A DNA stretch of 63,958 bases, the filler included, from Basidioascus undulatus (taxonomy: Eukaryota): assembly GCA_000826855.1 (NCBI GenBank). It is 3 parts of 3 records of this genome, joined end to end, with 100 filler letters (N's around TTAATTAATTAA, not from the genome) between each part and the next. Parts side by side here need not be neighbours in the genome. Positions count along the whole stretch, not along the records: positions 1 to 21,962 come from JTLS01000307.1; 2 more parts are not named here. One strand, given 5' to 3'. The notes under the pieces are model-generated. The model was not told the DNA's origin. It saw nothing but the letters and a program-made list of their open reading frames with translations, and ran no database searches. Shown here in pieces: positions 1 to 12,810 of this stretch; position 1 is the stretch's first letter; each line of letters starts with the position of its first letter. The position numbers and the translations under genes were made by a program.

Positions 1-549
1 GCCCGTTCTGCGCTTCGTCGGCTTTGGCGAAGGGGCATTCGCCTGCGGGCACGGAGTCAGACGAGGTTGGGGGGGGGGGGGTCGTTTAACTAGTGGTGAG
101 GCTAGGGCGCAGGTCGCCTGGTGTGAGGAATGGGGGGATGAACTCGGATGGATGGGGAGGACTGTGCATGCGCTATCACATTGATATCAATACTTCTTGC
201 GTGAGGAGCGTGGATTGTGCTGTTTGGTTGGCGCTGTTGGTGGGGTATCCTACTACTCCGAAGAGTGTTCATTGGCCAGCTGTAGGCCGGCAAACATGCA
301 AAATTCAAACGCTAGTTTGAGGAAAAGATCTAATATCATGATCAGGTCCCAAGTTCCATGAGCATATGGACGAGGGGTATGAAGGGTACTGGCAGGCGTG
401 AGGGCAGGAAAAGCGACCCACCCCTTGCGCCTGCCGGCTGCAAAATGCATCCCTCGCGCCGGCTTCGCTCACTCGCCCGACTGCAAATATTGGGATCACA
501 TCCCTTGCTTCGAATGATGGATCAAGAGTGAATAAAGTAAAAATATCGT

Positions 550-639
550 CTCTTCGGGTGAGACTCGAACTCACAACCTCCCGATAAGCTAGTAGTAGTA
601 CTAACAGTCGGACGCGCTAGCCAATTGCGCCACCAAAGA
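550..639 (-). tRNA. tRNA-Asn(GTT) with 16-nt intron (586..601)
   Basis: Reverse complement folds as a cloverleaf: acceptor TCTTTGG/CCGAAGA, D arm GCGC-AATTGGCTA-GCGC, anticodon stem TCCGA/TCGGG with CT-GTT-A followed by an intron at 37/38, T arm GTGAG-TTCGAGT-CTCAC, G73. Confidence 0.93.
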
Positions 640-1721
640 CTGGTGAGATCCATTGTAAAATTTGTACTCACATTGGTATAATTTGCTCCGTCCAAACATG
701 CACATCGTTGCGAGAAAGGTCTGGCAGCATTGTAGATATGAGTTTTATTCAGGGGTTTCGATGGTCGTCCGCTTGAAAAGATACCAGGCAAGTTTATGGG
801 CCTGCCAAACAGTGCCTCAAATGGTGCTTTTAGCCTGATAGTTGGGACGTCAATCGCCACTTACGGACTGGTTTTGCCTCTTTACACCTAAATAATACAG
901 CCTGTGAATATACTCCTACTGGAAAAACAGAGAACCCCTCCCTTCAGGGCTCTCGCTGCTGAGGATTACCCGGCAGGCGAGGATTGCTATGTCTGGCTCA
1001 AAATGCTGGCTGATTCACCTGCATGCTGAGCGGCTCATTGCTCGTCATTGCCGGAAGAGTCCAGGACATCCTGGGCTAGCAATAGCGGATTCCAAAGTTA
1101 AGGTGGTGAAGGAGAGCAAGACCGAAGAACATGAAGGCAGGGTGGGCTTTGCTGTTTGAGGGAAGCGTCGCATGCGGGGATGTTGACTGGTTGACCGTCT
1201 GGTGCCTATTGGTGACTACAGGGCACAAGAAGACAATAGAAGAGAAAAAGTGAAGGCGTAACATAATTGTCTAATATGGGTTACAGGAAATACTGCAACG
1301 TCTGACATGATGGTCGATGTCAGTAGCAAAGCGCATTGGTACTGAATGCCATCCTTGTCCCTGCGTGTAATGGAATTGTTGACTGGAAGTCATAGGTGGT
1401 GAGCGAATATCGGAGCGCTTATGCCTTGTGACGTATATTTCACCTTTCTACATGTCCGACGCGCGTTGTACCCAGAAATGCGGGCACAGTCTGCAGGTGA
1501 CTGTCGTGCACCGCACACCAAGTTGCAGCTGCAAAGGATATGCATTGGTCTATACTGCCCGGGTGTCGAACTCTGGCGTTGTGGACGAAGGCGAACAGCA
1601 AAGCGGCGGTGCTCCAACGGAGTGACGGGCCGTCGTTGTTCTCTGTCCACCACCAACTCCCCGGACTCCGAGTACTTCACCCTCCTCATCTGAGCGCTCA
1701 ACACTTTTCAACTCAGACCCG

Positions 1722-2629
1722 ATGCTTCCCATCGTCCAGTATCAGGCCTCCACGACTGTCCCGGCCGTCCCAAGGCTCTCAGCTGAGCTGTTCGTCCTCA
1801 TCCTGGAGTGCACATACGCGGACACCACCAGCGAAGGATACGACATTACCAGCATCCGGCAGGTTCTCCCTCTGCGTCTCGTGTCCCGCACCTTAGAAGC
1901 CCTCATCACGCCCCTCATCTTCGAGCACATTCAACTGGAGACAAACCAGGTGCAGAAGGCTTTCGCACAGCTCATCGTCGCCCGCCCGGACCTCGCCGCC
2001 AAAGTCTCCTCCCTCTATCACGATCACGTACATCACCTCCAGCCTCAGGCGACGACGATAATTTTTGCCTGCGTGAACGTCTCCACCCTCGCCTTGCACT
2101 TCGAAGAGGATGAGGGCGACAAGACTGGATATGAGCGCTTCAACTACGGCATCTGGCTCATTCCTATGCACAGGCCCATCATCCGCCTGATCGCGGCCCT
2201 CGCTTCTCACGATCCGGACCAACAAGATTCCCTATGAGCGGATTCTCTGGGGGCATGCTCGCCCTGAACAGTTCTCACGTAGCCAGCGCGCTCTTTACCG
2301 TCCTCCGCGAAGATTGGACCCGCCTGAAAGCGATCGAGAGCGAGGACATCTTCTGCATGCCCGGATTGAGCGAGCACTCGTCAACTAATCAGTTCGGCAG
2401 GGTCACCATCGGCCCCGTCATCTGTGACGATGGAGGGGAGGAGCTCCTGGAGACCGTGCGGAAGCCGGGCATGGCAGCGCTCGACATCCTCGTGTACTCC
2501 GATGATCGTCCGAGGAGAGGGTAATACGATCTGGATGTAGAAGACGTCGAAGGTTTAATCGAAGATGAGCTGGAGGCCGTAAGACAGCGGGTGAAGCCTT
2601 TCGTTCTCGAGGAGGAGCCTGAAGTTTGA
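1722..2629 (+). pseudogene. F-box-like protein, probably disrupted
   Basis: N-terminal PRLSAELFVLILEC...LRLVSRTLEALITPLIFEHIQL resembles a fungal F-box. The frame changes near 2235, and an in-frame TAA at 2522-2524 is followed by coding-like YDLDVEDVEGLIEDELEAVRQRVKPFVLEEEPEV*. No plausible intron removes either lesion. Confidence 0.55.
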
Positions 2630-3403
2630 CCCTTTCGCTGCTGTTCTACGCGTCGCATAATGCAAATTTTCATGGCTTGACATCTGCCCTTGGGTGCTCG
2701 TGTAATATATCTGTAGCTTTGCTATTTTACACTGATTTGAAAGGCTCAGGAGTCCCAAGCAGCGTGGCTCAGTCTGACAGTTCGTGACCATCTTTCCCCT
2801 TTGTCGCCCTCCAGTTGGAACGGGCTTTTGGAAAAGAAGAAACTTCAAGATGACACACAGCATCTTTCACCTGCGGTACATCTTGTTTTGAGCCCCTAGG
2901 TACGTACTCACCTTCTTCTGGAACTTCCGGCAGCCTATGTCATCCGCACCAGCCTTTGCATTCTGCCATGCCCCAGAAAGCCACCGGACCTTTTCAAATA
3001 CAAATTTCCTGGGACACACCTTGTAATAGCCTCAGCGCATGCTGGTGAGCGCGATTGACAAGACAACGACGACTTGTACAGGAGTGGACGACGCATTCGG
3101 GCAGCAAGCAATTGCCAGCAGCATCTTTCAACTTCAATCTTTTGCAGAGCACATGACACGCTATACAAATGGCTCAAAGCCATTAAGACCGCGGTGGTAT
3201 TGCACAACCTCTTCCTCCTTCTTTGCGCTGGTCATGAGCAGCACGCCTCCACCGCGCCGCCGGTATGCAGTACCGGAGGTCATTGGCGGCGTGCGGCTGG
3301 CTATCTGCGAGCTACTTATTGGGGGATCAAAAAGGACGCACGTCCGGGACAGTACAAACTCTCAGCCTCTCTTTACTACACTGTATCTTTCCAGACGACC
3401 AAG

Positions 3404-4383
3404 ATGCAACTCGGTCTCGAGGGACGCAATGCGCTCGTAACGGGTATGCCTGCCTGGCCTCTCTCTGCATACTCTCGTTGTCTTGTTTCGCTGACCCCGG
3501 GGCAACACGAACACGAACAGGCGGCACCAAAGGTATCGGCCGCGCGATCGTCGAGCTCCTGCTCGATGAGGGCGCCAACGTCGCGTACTGTGCTCGCAAC
3601 GTATCCGGCGACGAGTTCACATCCCGCTCCGGTAGGAAGTCCAAGGCTTTCGGGACTGCCCTGGATGTGAGCGACAATGCGGCTCTGGAGCGGTGGGTGG
3701 AAAGCTCCGCGACCGCTCTTGGGGGTATTGACATCGTCATTTCCAACGGTGCGTCCTCCTTCCACAGCTGCTGTCGTTTAACCTGGATTGGCTGACCTCT
3801 CCCCTCAACAGTCTCCGCCCTCGCCATCCCCAACACCCCCGAAAACTGGGCAACCTCCTTCCAAGTTGACATGCTCGCCCCCATCAACCTCGTCTCCGCT
3901 GCGCAGCCGCACCTCGAGAAGTCGTCCGCCCCGGCAGTCGTCTCGGTCGGCAGCGTCTCGGGCCACGAGCTTGACTTCACCGCTCCCGGCCCGTACGGCG
4001 CGTTCAAGGCCGCGCTGGCGCACCACATGCAGGGGCTTGCCCTCCAGCTGACGCCGAAGAACATTAGGCTGAACACGGTGTCGCCGGGGAATGTGTACTT
4101 CGAGGTGCGAACCTGCCGCCACTTTGCACAACTATCCATCTTCCAAACTTTTCCACAATACACTCGGCTCACAGGGGTGAAACAGGGCGGAATATGGCAC
4201 GACATCGAGCGCAACAATCCCGACCTCTTCAAACATATGCTCGGGCTCAACCCGACGGGCAGGATGTGCACCGCCCAAGAAGTCGCAAACGCAGTCATCT
4301 TCCTCGCGTCTCCCGCCAGCTCGTTCACGAGCGGAGCGAATCTCATCGTCGACGGGGCGCTCACGAAGGGGGTGAAATTCTGA
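3404..4383 (+). CDS. Short-chain dehydrogenase/reductase (classical SDR), 4 exons
   Basis: MQLGLEGRNALVTG|GTKGIG (TGxxxGIG), GGIDIVISN, catalytic YGAFK, IRLNTVSPG, FTSGANLIVDG. GT-AG introns near 3445-3520, 3749-3811 and 4105-4185. Confidence 0.92.
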
Positions 4384-6455
4384 GGGGGATGATGAGGGGG
4401 AGGAGCAGCGGTGTTGTGCTTTCGTGCTGCGCGTTTGTATTTGCGGATATTGTGAATGGGAAACAGAAGAGCATTGCACGGAAAGAATCTGGACTTTGAT
4501 CATCACTTCAGAGCCTTCTCAGGGGCGCACACTAACGGGAACCATTCGGTGTTGAAAGTGGCAGGTGAAGTGTTGAAATCTCAAGGATAGCAGTGTAGGG
4601 GAGTCTTGCTTAGAGCGCAGCTCGCAAGAAGGTCATTGAAGTTGAAGGAGATCCTAGGGACGTTAAAATTCGCGGAATTCCATTGTTTATGATGCTGCAG
4701 CCTGAAAAATGGGAGGACGTAGAAACATTCGGTAGCACTTGACAGCGCATGTGGGTCAAGGCGCAAAGAAATGTAGTCCCTAGCCTTGTCATATTAGATA
4801 TTTACCATAAGTAAAGCAATCAACATTGATAGAAAATGGAAAGCTCACGAGATGCGAGTCTTGGTTGGGCAGACTGTTGTCTGGTTCATCAGTGGGGGTC
4901 TCGAACCCAGACGGTGCCTCTCTCAAGAGCAAAGAGCGATACGGGGAAGCAGACAGGGAATTCATATGCGGAAGACGACAGTGCAATTGGGCTTATTTTG
5001 ACAACTTCCTGCAACCACCTTACAGCCAAATTGTATAAAACGGTGCGTGTTGTGGCTGAAATTGACCTTCCCCGATGCTCCATTGGTTTCAATTGAGTCG
5101 TTTCAGCTTTTACTAGCCTTGATAGCAGGGGTAAAAAAAATTCGCGAGAGGAGATTCACTACGCTATGCGACTTTAGCGATGTGAGAACAGGGTCGACCA
5201 AGGTTCGGTCGTGTAGTGTGAAGGAAATTTTGTTTGGGATGCGCCTTCACGGCAGACATTCATGATAGGATATCCTGTTAAACGCGTACCCCTCCGAGGT
5301 TCAGCGGGACTATCAAGACCGATACTTCTCTCCGCTATGCATAATGGGTTGGCCTGCTTTCACCCACAACAATTATACGACACCTGTGTTTTAAACTTTA
5401 CCCTCCCTATTACCTGACGCCGGCTACAGTAACTTGGGCCTGACCGTGGCGGTCGTCCAGTCCCAACGGTGAAGGTCGCGATCTGCCCGTATATACAGCT
5501 CAACGCTTGGATTCTCAAGTCTCCCCGACCCCCCTGACATACACTGCAGTCTCCCCACCCTTTCGAAACCGCAACCGTCAGTCGTTCTCACCACATTCGC
5601 GAGCCATTCGAGCAAGTGGCACCCTCAGCTCCCGCCTCGGTCGTGTCTTTTCAAACACTCTCCACTCGAACCCTTCTCAACTTCCCCCACTTCATGCGCA
5701 CTGGCCGCGACTCTCCCAAAATCACCGCCTGCTGCCCTTCCCACCGTGACCGTGACCGTATGCCAGCTTATCGGACCGGGCCTTCCGACGTCGCGGGACC
5801 AAGAGTGTGACGTCTGACGGTGCTACGCCTTCTCTCGCTCACATGGCTCTGCGCCAACCTGCCACATCTTGCTCTATTAAAATTTCTGGACATTTCCGAC
5901 CGCATCCGAGCCAGCATATTTTGTCGCGGTGTCCGGCTCTCTGGCACAGATGTATGTACTGCGGCTGGCTTTTCTTCAAGTTCACGAGTTCACGCGTGCA
6001 TCCGCTGCTCGGAGCCTGTCGCACCTGCAGTGCATCGCCGCCTGCGCAGGAAGAGGCCGCTAACAAACGCTTGGTACATGCCCCATGATGCACCAATTCA
6101 CCTTGTTCACGGGCAATTGAAAGCCTTTGTACCCCGTGAAGCCTTTTTTCGTCGGGTGAGCCCCCGGGGCCTCCCCCACCCGGCACACCCCGTACTTGAG
6201 AGAACGTACATTTTGCGTGGACATTGGGAGGGCCAACCCATAAGGTCGGGCCTAATTTGTGTTCGGGTGGGGCACGATTAACGAGGCGCAGGTGGGAAGT
6301 GCCGGTTGCTTCCACCCACTGTTGCCGGACCTTCCAAAGATATAAAGCCTCGAGACCCCAGTGCGACGGTCGTTCTCCATCCTCGTTCTTTACACGCTCA
6401 ACCTGCAAACCAGCTCTCAATTCCACACACCCCATCCTCAAACACTCTTGAAACA

Positions 6456-8187
6456 ATGGCGCAGTCGATCCCCAAGACCCAGAAGGCCGCGGTCTTCACC
6501 AAGAAGTACATCGCTGAACCACTTGCGCGAGCGTTCCCAAACGACTTGTTAACGTCCACCAGTCCCATTGCAGCGGCGGGCCCGTCACCATCGAGACCGT
6601 CCCGGTCGTCCAGCAGAAGGACCTCAAGCGCGGCGAGTTGCTCGTGAAGGTCATTTACTCGGGCGGTACGTGATTCCCTCTCACCACCTTTTCCCACTCG
6701 TGCGCTCACACCAGCCTGCTCCGATTCCAGTCTGCCACACCGACCTGCACGCCATGCTCGGCGACTGGCCGCTCGACAACAAGCTCCCCCTGATCGGCGG
6801 CCACGAGGGCGCAGGCTACGTCGTCCATCGCGGACAACACGGACACACACCTGAAAATTGGTGATGCGGTTGACATGAAGTGGCTCGCGGATTCCTGCCT
6901 GAAGTGCAACGTGAGTATCTTATCCTGCTCTACTTTCTGAAGCGGCGCGAGGCAGTCGGGCTGACCGGCTTGCTTCCCCTGTACAGTTCTGCATCAAGGG
7001 TCAGGAGAGCGTCTGCAAGTCCGCGGAGAACAGCGGCTTCCAGTACGCCGTGATAATTAGTTTCAAGGGATATTTCGTTGGAAAACAGACCTCTCAAGCA
7101 TGTTGCGGACCTCTCACGCCTGTTGCGGTTATGCAGTCGTTCGCTCGCCACGTTACGCCCATCCCCGATGGGCTGCCTCCCGACCAGGCGGCACCTATTC
7201 TCTGTGTGAGTCTTACACAGCGCTTAATACAGGTGGATGCTGACTGTTTTTGGTTACAGGCCGGTGTTACCGTCTACAAGGCTCTCAAGCAGGCGGCTTT
7301 GACCCCTGGTGACACTGTTGGTGCGTCTTTCAACCCCACAAACGTTGTGCATCATTTTATTGGCCTCAAATTGACGAAAACCCTATCTGAAGCCATCCCC
7401 GGTGCTGGCGGTGGTCTCGGGCACTTGGCTGTCCAGTACGCGAACGCGATGGGATACAAGGTCATCGCGATCGACACTAGCGACGAGAAGGAGCAGCTCT
7501 GCAAGTCCCTCGGCGCGGACTCGTTCATCGACTTCAAGAAGACCAAGGACATTGTCAAGGATGTTCAGGCGCTCACAAAGAGCGTGTTCTCCCCACCCAA
7601 CTTGTAATGTCTTTCAGAGCGCTCACGGCTTCTTCCCCTCCAGCTCGGCCCGCAGGCCGCGGTCGTTGCTGCCTCGGGCGGTGCAGCTGATGAGCTTGGG
7701 CTCGAGTACGTCCGCTCGTACGGCGCACTTGTAGCAGTCGGTCTCCCACCCAACGCCAAGATCTCGGCGGATGTGTACGTTTCATCCCTGCTATGTGGTC
7801 CATGTCGGTGCTAATGCGCTCGCTCTCAGGTTCTTCACTGTCTTCCAGAACAAGCGTGTCGTCGGCAGCTACGTCGGGAACCGCACAGACGCGATCGAGG
7901 CGCTCGACTTTGCCGCCCGCGGAAAGGTCAAGACGTTTTACAAGATCGAGCCCCTCGAGGCCCTGCCGGACATCTAGTGCGTTCGACCTCCCTGTTAAGC
8001 ACTCAGTCCTCTGCAGACGATGACTGGCCGCCCTCGATCAGCCGCCGCATGCACGCCGGCCAGGTCACCGGCCGCATCGTTCTTGACCTCGGTAAGTACC
8101 GAAAGCGTTTCCGGAGGCTCTTGCCTGGCTCCGCAGGAATGCACGAGCTGACTGTACACCGACTCCTGGCTCACAGGCAACCAGTAA
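6456..8187 (+). pseudogene. Zn-dependent alcohol dehydrogenase (ADH1-like MDR), frameshifted
   Basis: VCHTDLH, GHEGAG, CLKC...C...C structural Zn motif, GAGGGLGHLAVQYA, GSYVGNR, GRIVLDL. A frameshift after GHEGAGYVV (about 6826) gives TGA at 6862-6864. The conserved VDGTFQQY-type segment is missing near 7040-7137. Confidence 0.75.
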
Positions 8188-9000
8188 ACGCGCTGTCCGC
8201 TCGACATGATACCCCAGGCACTGTGACTGGCTGGTCTGCTCGGCCTGGCTTGCGCTCATTGCCTCTGATGCGTTATGCTTTAAGCTTTATCACCTGACCG
8301 GGGCGCGATGTCCTAGTTGCTTTGGGTTGACAGACAGAGTACGAGCCTTTTAGCCTCTGCGCTCTATGAGCGCTTGCCTTCGCTACGTTCGACAAATTGT
8401 GCTTCACACTTTTACCACCTGATTGAAACGCGATCTCTTGAAATCATGCGGGTTAAATAAAATCAACTTGAGCATTATAGCCTATGCTCTTTATATTTTC
8501 TACTTATGAGAAGAAGTGCTCTCGTGCATCTGCCATGCTCGAAGCAACCATTGGTTGGCGTGCCTGCTGTGTGTTTGGGGCGGTTTGGACGCAAGAAACA
8601 ACATGAACAGGGGAAATATATTTCATGGAAAGGTAAAGTTGCTGGATTATCGCTTGACAGTCTTCGAAGGCATGCCCGCGGGGTTCAGCATGCGAAGCTC
8701 CGAGTCTGTGCACAGCGCTGGCAAACGTTGCAGTTCGGATAGTAGTCCCCGTCCATCCCTGATTCCAGCACTGTGACTGAACGATAAGGAGCCATAGGCA
8801 CGTTCAAAATGAGCGAGAAGTTCAGTGTTCGTATTCTTCGTATTCCTTGGTATGCCATATGCTAGGCCTGCAGACTGATTGCCAGGCAGATGCAAAGATC
8901 CAGCCACAACATGTCGCCCGGCAGCGAGCACGCCCAGAGCGTCCATTGACACTTGCCCTCGGGGGATCAACGTCTGCCTGTTTTAGAGCTTCAGACAGTG

Positions 9001-9390
9001 GGCATCGTGATGAACACCAGTCCCCAGCCCCGTGAACACTGGAATGTTTCTTGGGAGGTCCGCTCGTCCTCTCTCTTCTCTACAAAATACCTTAGCGTGA
9101 CTGAAATAGGGGGGACACAGGGAGGCAAGGACATAGAGCGTAATAATCTGGAGCTCTCCAAGCTTAAGCGTGCGCATGGGCTCAACCCGGCTGACAGGAT
9201 ATGCAACCCCCTGAAAGTGGCAGACGCAGTCGACTTTCTCGCTTCCGTCTCGAACTGTTCAGAGCACTTCTAACCTCATTGTAGAAGGATCTTAAGAATT
9301 GGGTGAAGGATTGGGTGAATTTCTGAGGAGAGGATGAGAGGGAGGGGTGGAATGGCGGGGAAGGTGCCGTGTGCTGTGTGCTTTCGGGGC
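9001..9390 (+). pseudogene. Decayed 3' duplicate of the SDR at 3404..4383
   Basis: DIERNNLELSKLKRAHGLNPADRICNPLKVADAVDFLAS aligns with DIERNNPDLFKHMLGLNPTGRMCTAQEVANAVIFLAS. Similarity continues through the stop (GTGAATTTCTGAGG vs GTGAAATTCTGAGG) into the 3' UTR (TGTGCTTTCG). Confidence 0.85.
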
Positions 9391-10099
9391 TTGGAGGCTC
9401 AGGCGGGGTTTGTTAACTGATGGTGCACGAGAAAAGATAACATTAGAATGGATCAACTTACGTCCGTTATTGTACCAGAGTCTTTTTAAAGCCGTGCTCG
9501 CGGGAGCTCATTGTGCAAAGCTCGGTGAACAGCTGTGACAAGGTAGCTTGAACGGCGGTCTCCTTCGCGGCAGCCTGGAAGACTGTGGCTCGAATGACTG
9601 GGGGTATGTTTGGATACTCCGAAAGTTCAGTAACAATTACCAAATCTCTCAGTATGCTACCAACTTGATTAATTAATGGGAAGATAACCAATGTATCCTA
9701 CGTCTACGCAGGACAATGATCGACGAGTCGGCAGCGAGCAATCCGGGAGCGCCCCACTACCTACGCTGCCGAGGTATGTGTGTTTCTAGTAAACGATTGA
9801 AGTTGTTGAAAAGTACTAAAATGGTGGTAATATACATCCCAGACCGGTACCGAGCGAGAGCATCGTCGCACGCACTTCGCAGTCATTGGATCACGGCTAC
9901 GAGGCTCGACAAGCCTCGAAAACAGTTCCAGCTGTCAAGCGAGATCGCTCAGCGTCCGCCGACCCGTTGCGTGCAGGCTGCATGCACATCATCCTCCATC
10001 TTTCCCTCTCACCTCCCAGCAAACTACACAAAATCCCCCTCTCACACCCCCCGAAACGCGATGGAGCGCAAAGCCAACGGCACGCCGGGGCGCTGCTCC

Positions 10100-11720
10100 T
10101 GATCCTCGTGGCGTCCTGATTGATACGCTCTGCATATCTCACCTCCTCAGCTGCCGGCCCTTGTTTCTGCACGCCCACAATCCTTGCTGCCCTCCTCCTC
10201 TTGGGCTGCTGCTCACGCTTCCTTGCTTTCGCGGCGCACCAGCTCTCGTCATTCGCGCGCTCGCCTGAAACGCAGGCTCTGAGGGAGCGCGTCGGCTCGC
10301 GTATCGACCGGAGAGCGGCGTTCATTTCAATATAAGCCGGTTCCAAGCCCGGCTCGCTGCCCTTTGCGGTGTAGATTCCGTCCACGGATCTCATGAGGCC
10401 GATTTCGGCGGGGAGTAGGAGAGCGAGATAGGCTGCCCCCGGTGAGACGAGCAAGATCCCCACCATCAAGCGCTTGAGCCACGTATCAACACCCCCGAAT
10501 TTGCTTAAAAATCCATTCAGTGGAGGAGACCATACGTCGCGGACAGACCTTGAAACTCACGGAGGGCGGCAGCCGCACATGCGAAGCCCAGGAAGGCGGA
10601 GTACATCGTCCTGCGACGAGGTGCGGCAGTGAGTGGTTTCCGATGCTATGCTGCACAAGAGAGTGAAATTCATGGACACACCAGGTCACCATAGATAAAT
10701 GAATTGGCAAGATGGGTCCCAACATGAAGCCGGTGGAAACACCCGCCTCACCATGGGTGGCATTGCCTGTCGTAGCAATTAGTGATTGTTAGTACTGGGC
10801 GCGGCGTACCGAAAGCGCATGAAACATCGGAGCAAGGAGACGTAGGGGACATTGGGGAGCATTGGGGAGCAAGTAAGCCCGTCCACTCGCAGTTCCAAGG
10901 GCGATTGAAAAGTGCCATCCTGAGCCGGAACTCGCGCACAATCATAGGGATGGTAGTGGCCGCACGCGTACGCCGATGTGGAGCACTGTGGTTTGGGCCT
11001 GTCCGGGTCCTGGGCGCGATACACTGGTGGAGAGAACATGAGGGGTTTAAACCTTAAACGTTGAGACCCGCGATATTGCTGCTCACCCATCGTCGAAAAG
11101 GGGACGCAGGCGAGTGCGAAGACCGCCAGACGACCGAATTCCGAACACAAGTTGATGAATCCGCTCGCGGTGCCGAAGAGAAGTATGACGAGAACGCCGA
11201 TATGGAGAGCAGCTAAGAGGCATTCTACCACATCGAGGTGGTATTCAGCTGAGGACAGGTGGGTCGAACCAGAGTCGGAAAGTACCACACCGCCCGCCAT
11301 GCTGATCCTGAAGCCGGCTTGAGTCTTCCGTTGCGTCCAGCCTTGCTTTTCCATGCGCTGCTCGAATGCCTTGACCACCTGAGCCCGCTCCCCTCCGTCC
11401 CAATGAGGCAAAGAAAGCAGGCGCGTTCGGCGGAGCTTCGAATACCCCTGCTCACCAGTTTGCTCCCGGCCACTGCGTCTGGTTCGCCGCTGAGAACGCC
11501 CGCGAATGCTAGCGCAATGCCGAGCAGGACGATTATGGCCAGTAGGCGTGAGATGCTCGGCGCAACGAGCTCGATAGCCTCGAACAGTGAGAAGATGCCT
11601 TCGCTGTGGATGGAAGCGGGGTCGACCTTGCTGGCGTCCAGGCTGGTGGCGTTGTTGTTGATGTCTGAGACGAGGGCAAGCGTACCGCCGGCCAGAGATG
11701 TTGACGGTAGGCATCGGGGC
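10100..11720 (-). pseudogene. Decayed multi-pass membrane protein of unknown family
   Basis: Hydrophobic helices spread across shifting frames (RLLAIIVLLGIALAFAGVL; LLAALHIGVLVILLFG; MVGILLVSPGAAYLALLL), an EWIFKQI remnant of a W-x-FGQ-like motif, and a charged tail. Confidence 0.4.
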
Positions 11721-12673
11721 ACTACCAGGAAGCGAGAGGGTGTTGGCTAAGATGAAATGGAGGACAAGAGAGCTTCTGTTATTAAAATGGGAAGAGGAAG
11801 GAGTGTGACAGTGAGATGTGGACAGGCTGAGCACGCCTAGCTGAGCCGAAACAAACGCCAGCCATTGCCACGAATGTACCGCCTGCCAATGACTTGTTTT
11901 TGGGTGCTTTCACGGATATAGGAAATGAGGTTCCACATTGAAGGGCCATATTGCTGGCGTCAGACGATAGCAAGCAACCTTGACAGCCTTTGCAGTCGGA
12001 CATGCCATCGAGGCATCACCAAGGGTTTCATTGAGTAATGAGACCCATGGATTTAACTGAGTCTGTAGGTCTTATACTGTTGATGCAAAAACCTCAACGA
12101 GCCACAGCTGGAGCTATGGAGATGGATCGAGTTCCGAAGATGCTCAAAAGAGGCCGGCGCCCTGCAGTATGGACTTCCGCACTGACCAGAAGGCCGCCCA
12201 AGGCGGATGTTTTTCAAATTTTCAAGTTACAGAGAAGAGTAAAGCCACTCCACACCAGCGTGTCCCACGGCCCTGCCAGGGCAATGTAACCCACACGAGC
12301 AAGTCGACAGCCAAAGAAGTCAGGCTCCCCTTTCTAACTCAAAGGGTATTTTCAACTTACAGAGAATGGTGGGGTGACTTGATCGCTTGGTTCTGAACGT
12401 GGTCGGCTCACAGAGGATAAGACAAATACCGCAGCACTTCAAGCGACACGTAAAGCAGCTTCTCGTTCAGAGTGGACCTTTCAGAAGAGGCTGCAATGTA
12501 ATGAGTTATGCTGATTTTGCTTCTGTGAAACTCACTGCTTTCTGGGTTGAATTTACAAGGACCGGCCCGAGGAAGGCTCAATGGTGGCTCAGGTCACACA
12601 CCGTGCGGCACTCGTGCAGCGTGAGGATCATCTACCAGATAACACGCACTCACTGCGTGTCGGGCGGGCGTCT

Positions 12674-12810
12674 CTTGCCTGGCCAGGCAAGGCGCGCGAA
12701 AGAGCGCTTTCCGGTCTTTCCCGAGCCTTGCCCGGATTTTTTCCCGTCCGAGCAAGACCCAGAAATGAGTACCTTTTCTCTCCAGAAAAGAGTCAGGAAA
12801 GCGCTCTTTC
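12674..12810. repeat. 18-bp perfect palindrome plus 15-bp perfect inverted repeat
   Basis: CTTGCCTGGCCAGGCAAG (12674-12691) is self-complementary. GAAAGAGCGCTTTCC (12698-12712) is the reverse complement of GGAAAGCGCTCTTTC (12796-12810). Confidence 0.8.

Noticed and set aside
1..95. G-run followed by CTAGT as a Helitron 3' end
   Set aside because: No clear hairpin just upstream of CTAG, and context is cut by the window edge.
5430..6260. ACCGTG repeats and a weak inverted match of the ends as a transposon
   Set aside because: The terminal match is only about 11/14 and no TSD was found.
7970..7985. Apparent premature TAG after ALPDI in ADH
   Set aside because: TA|GTGCGT is a splice donor; splicing gives Tyr and continues RRMHAGQVTGRIVLDL.
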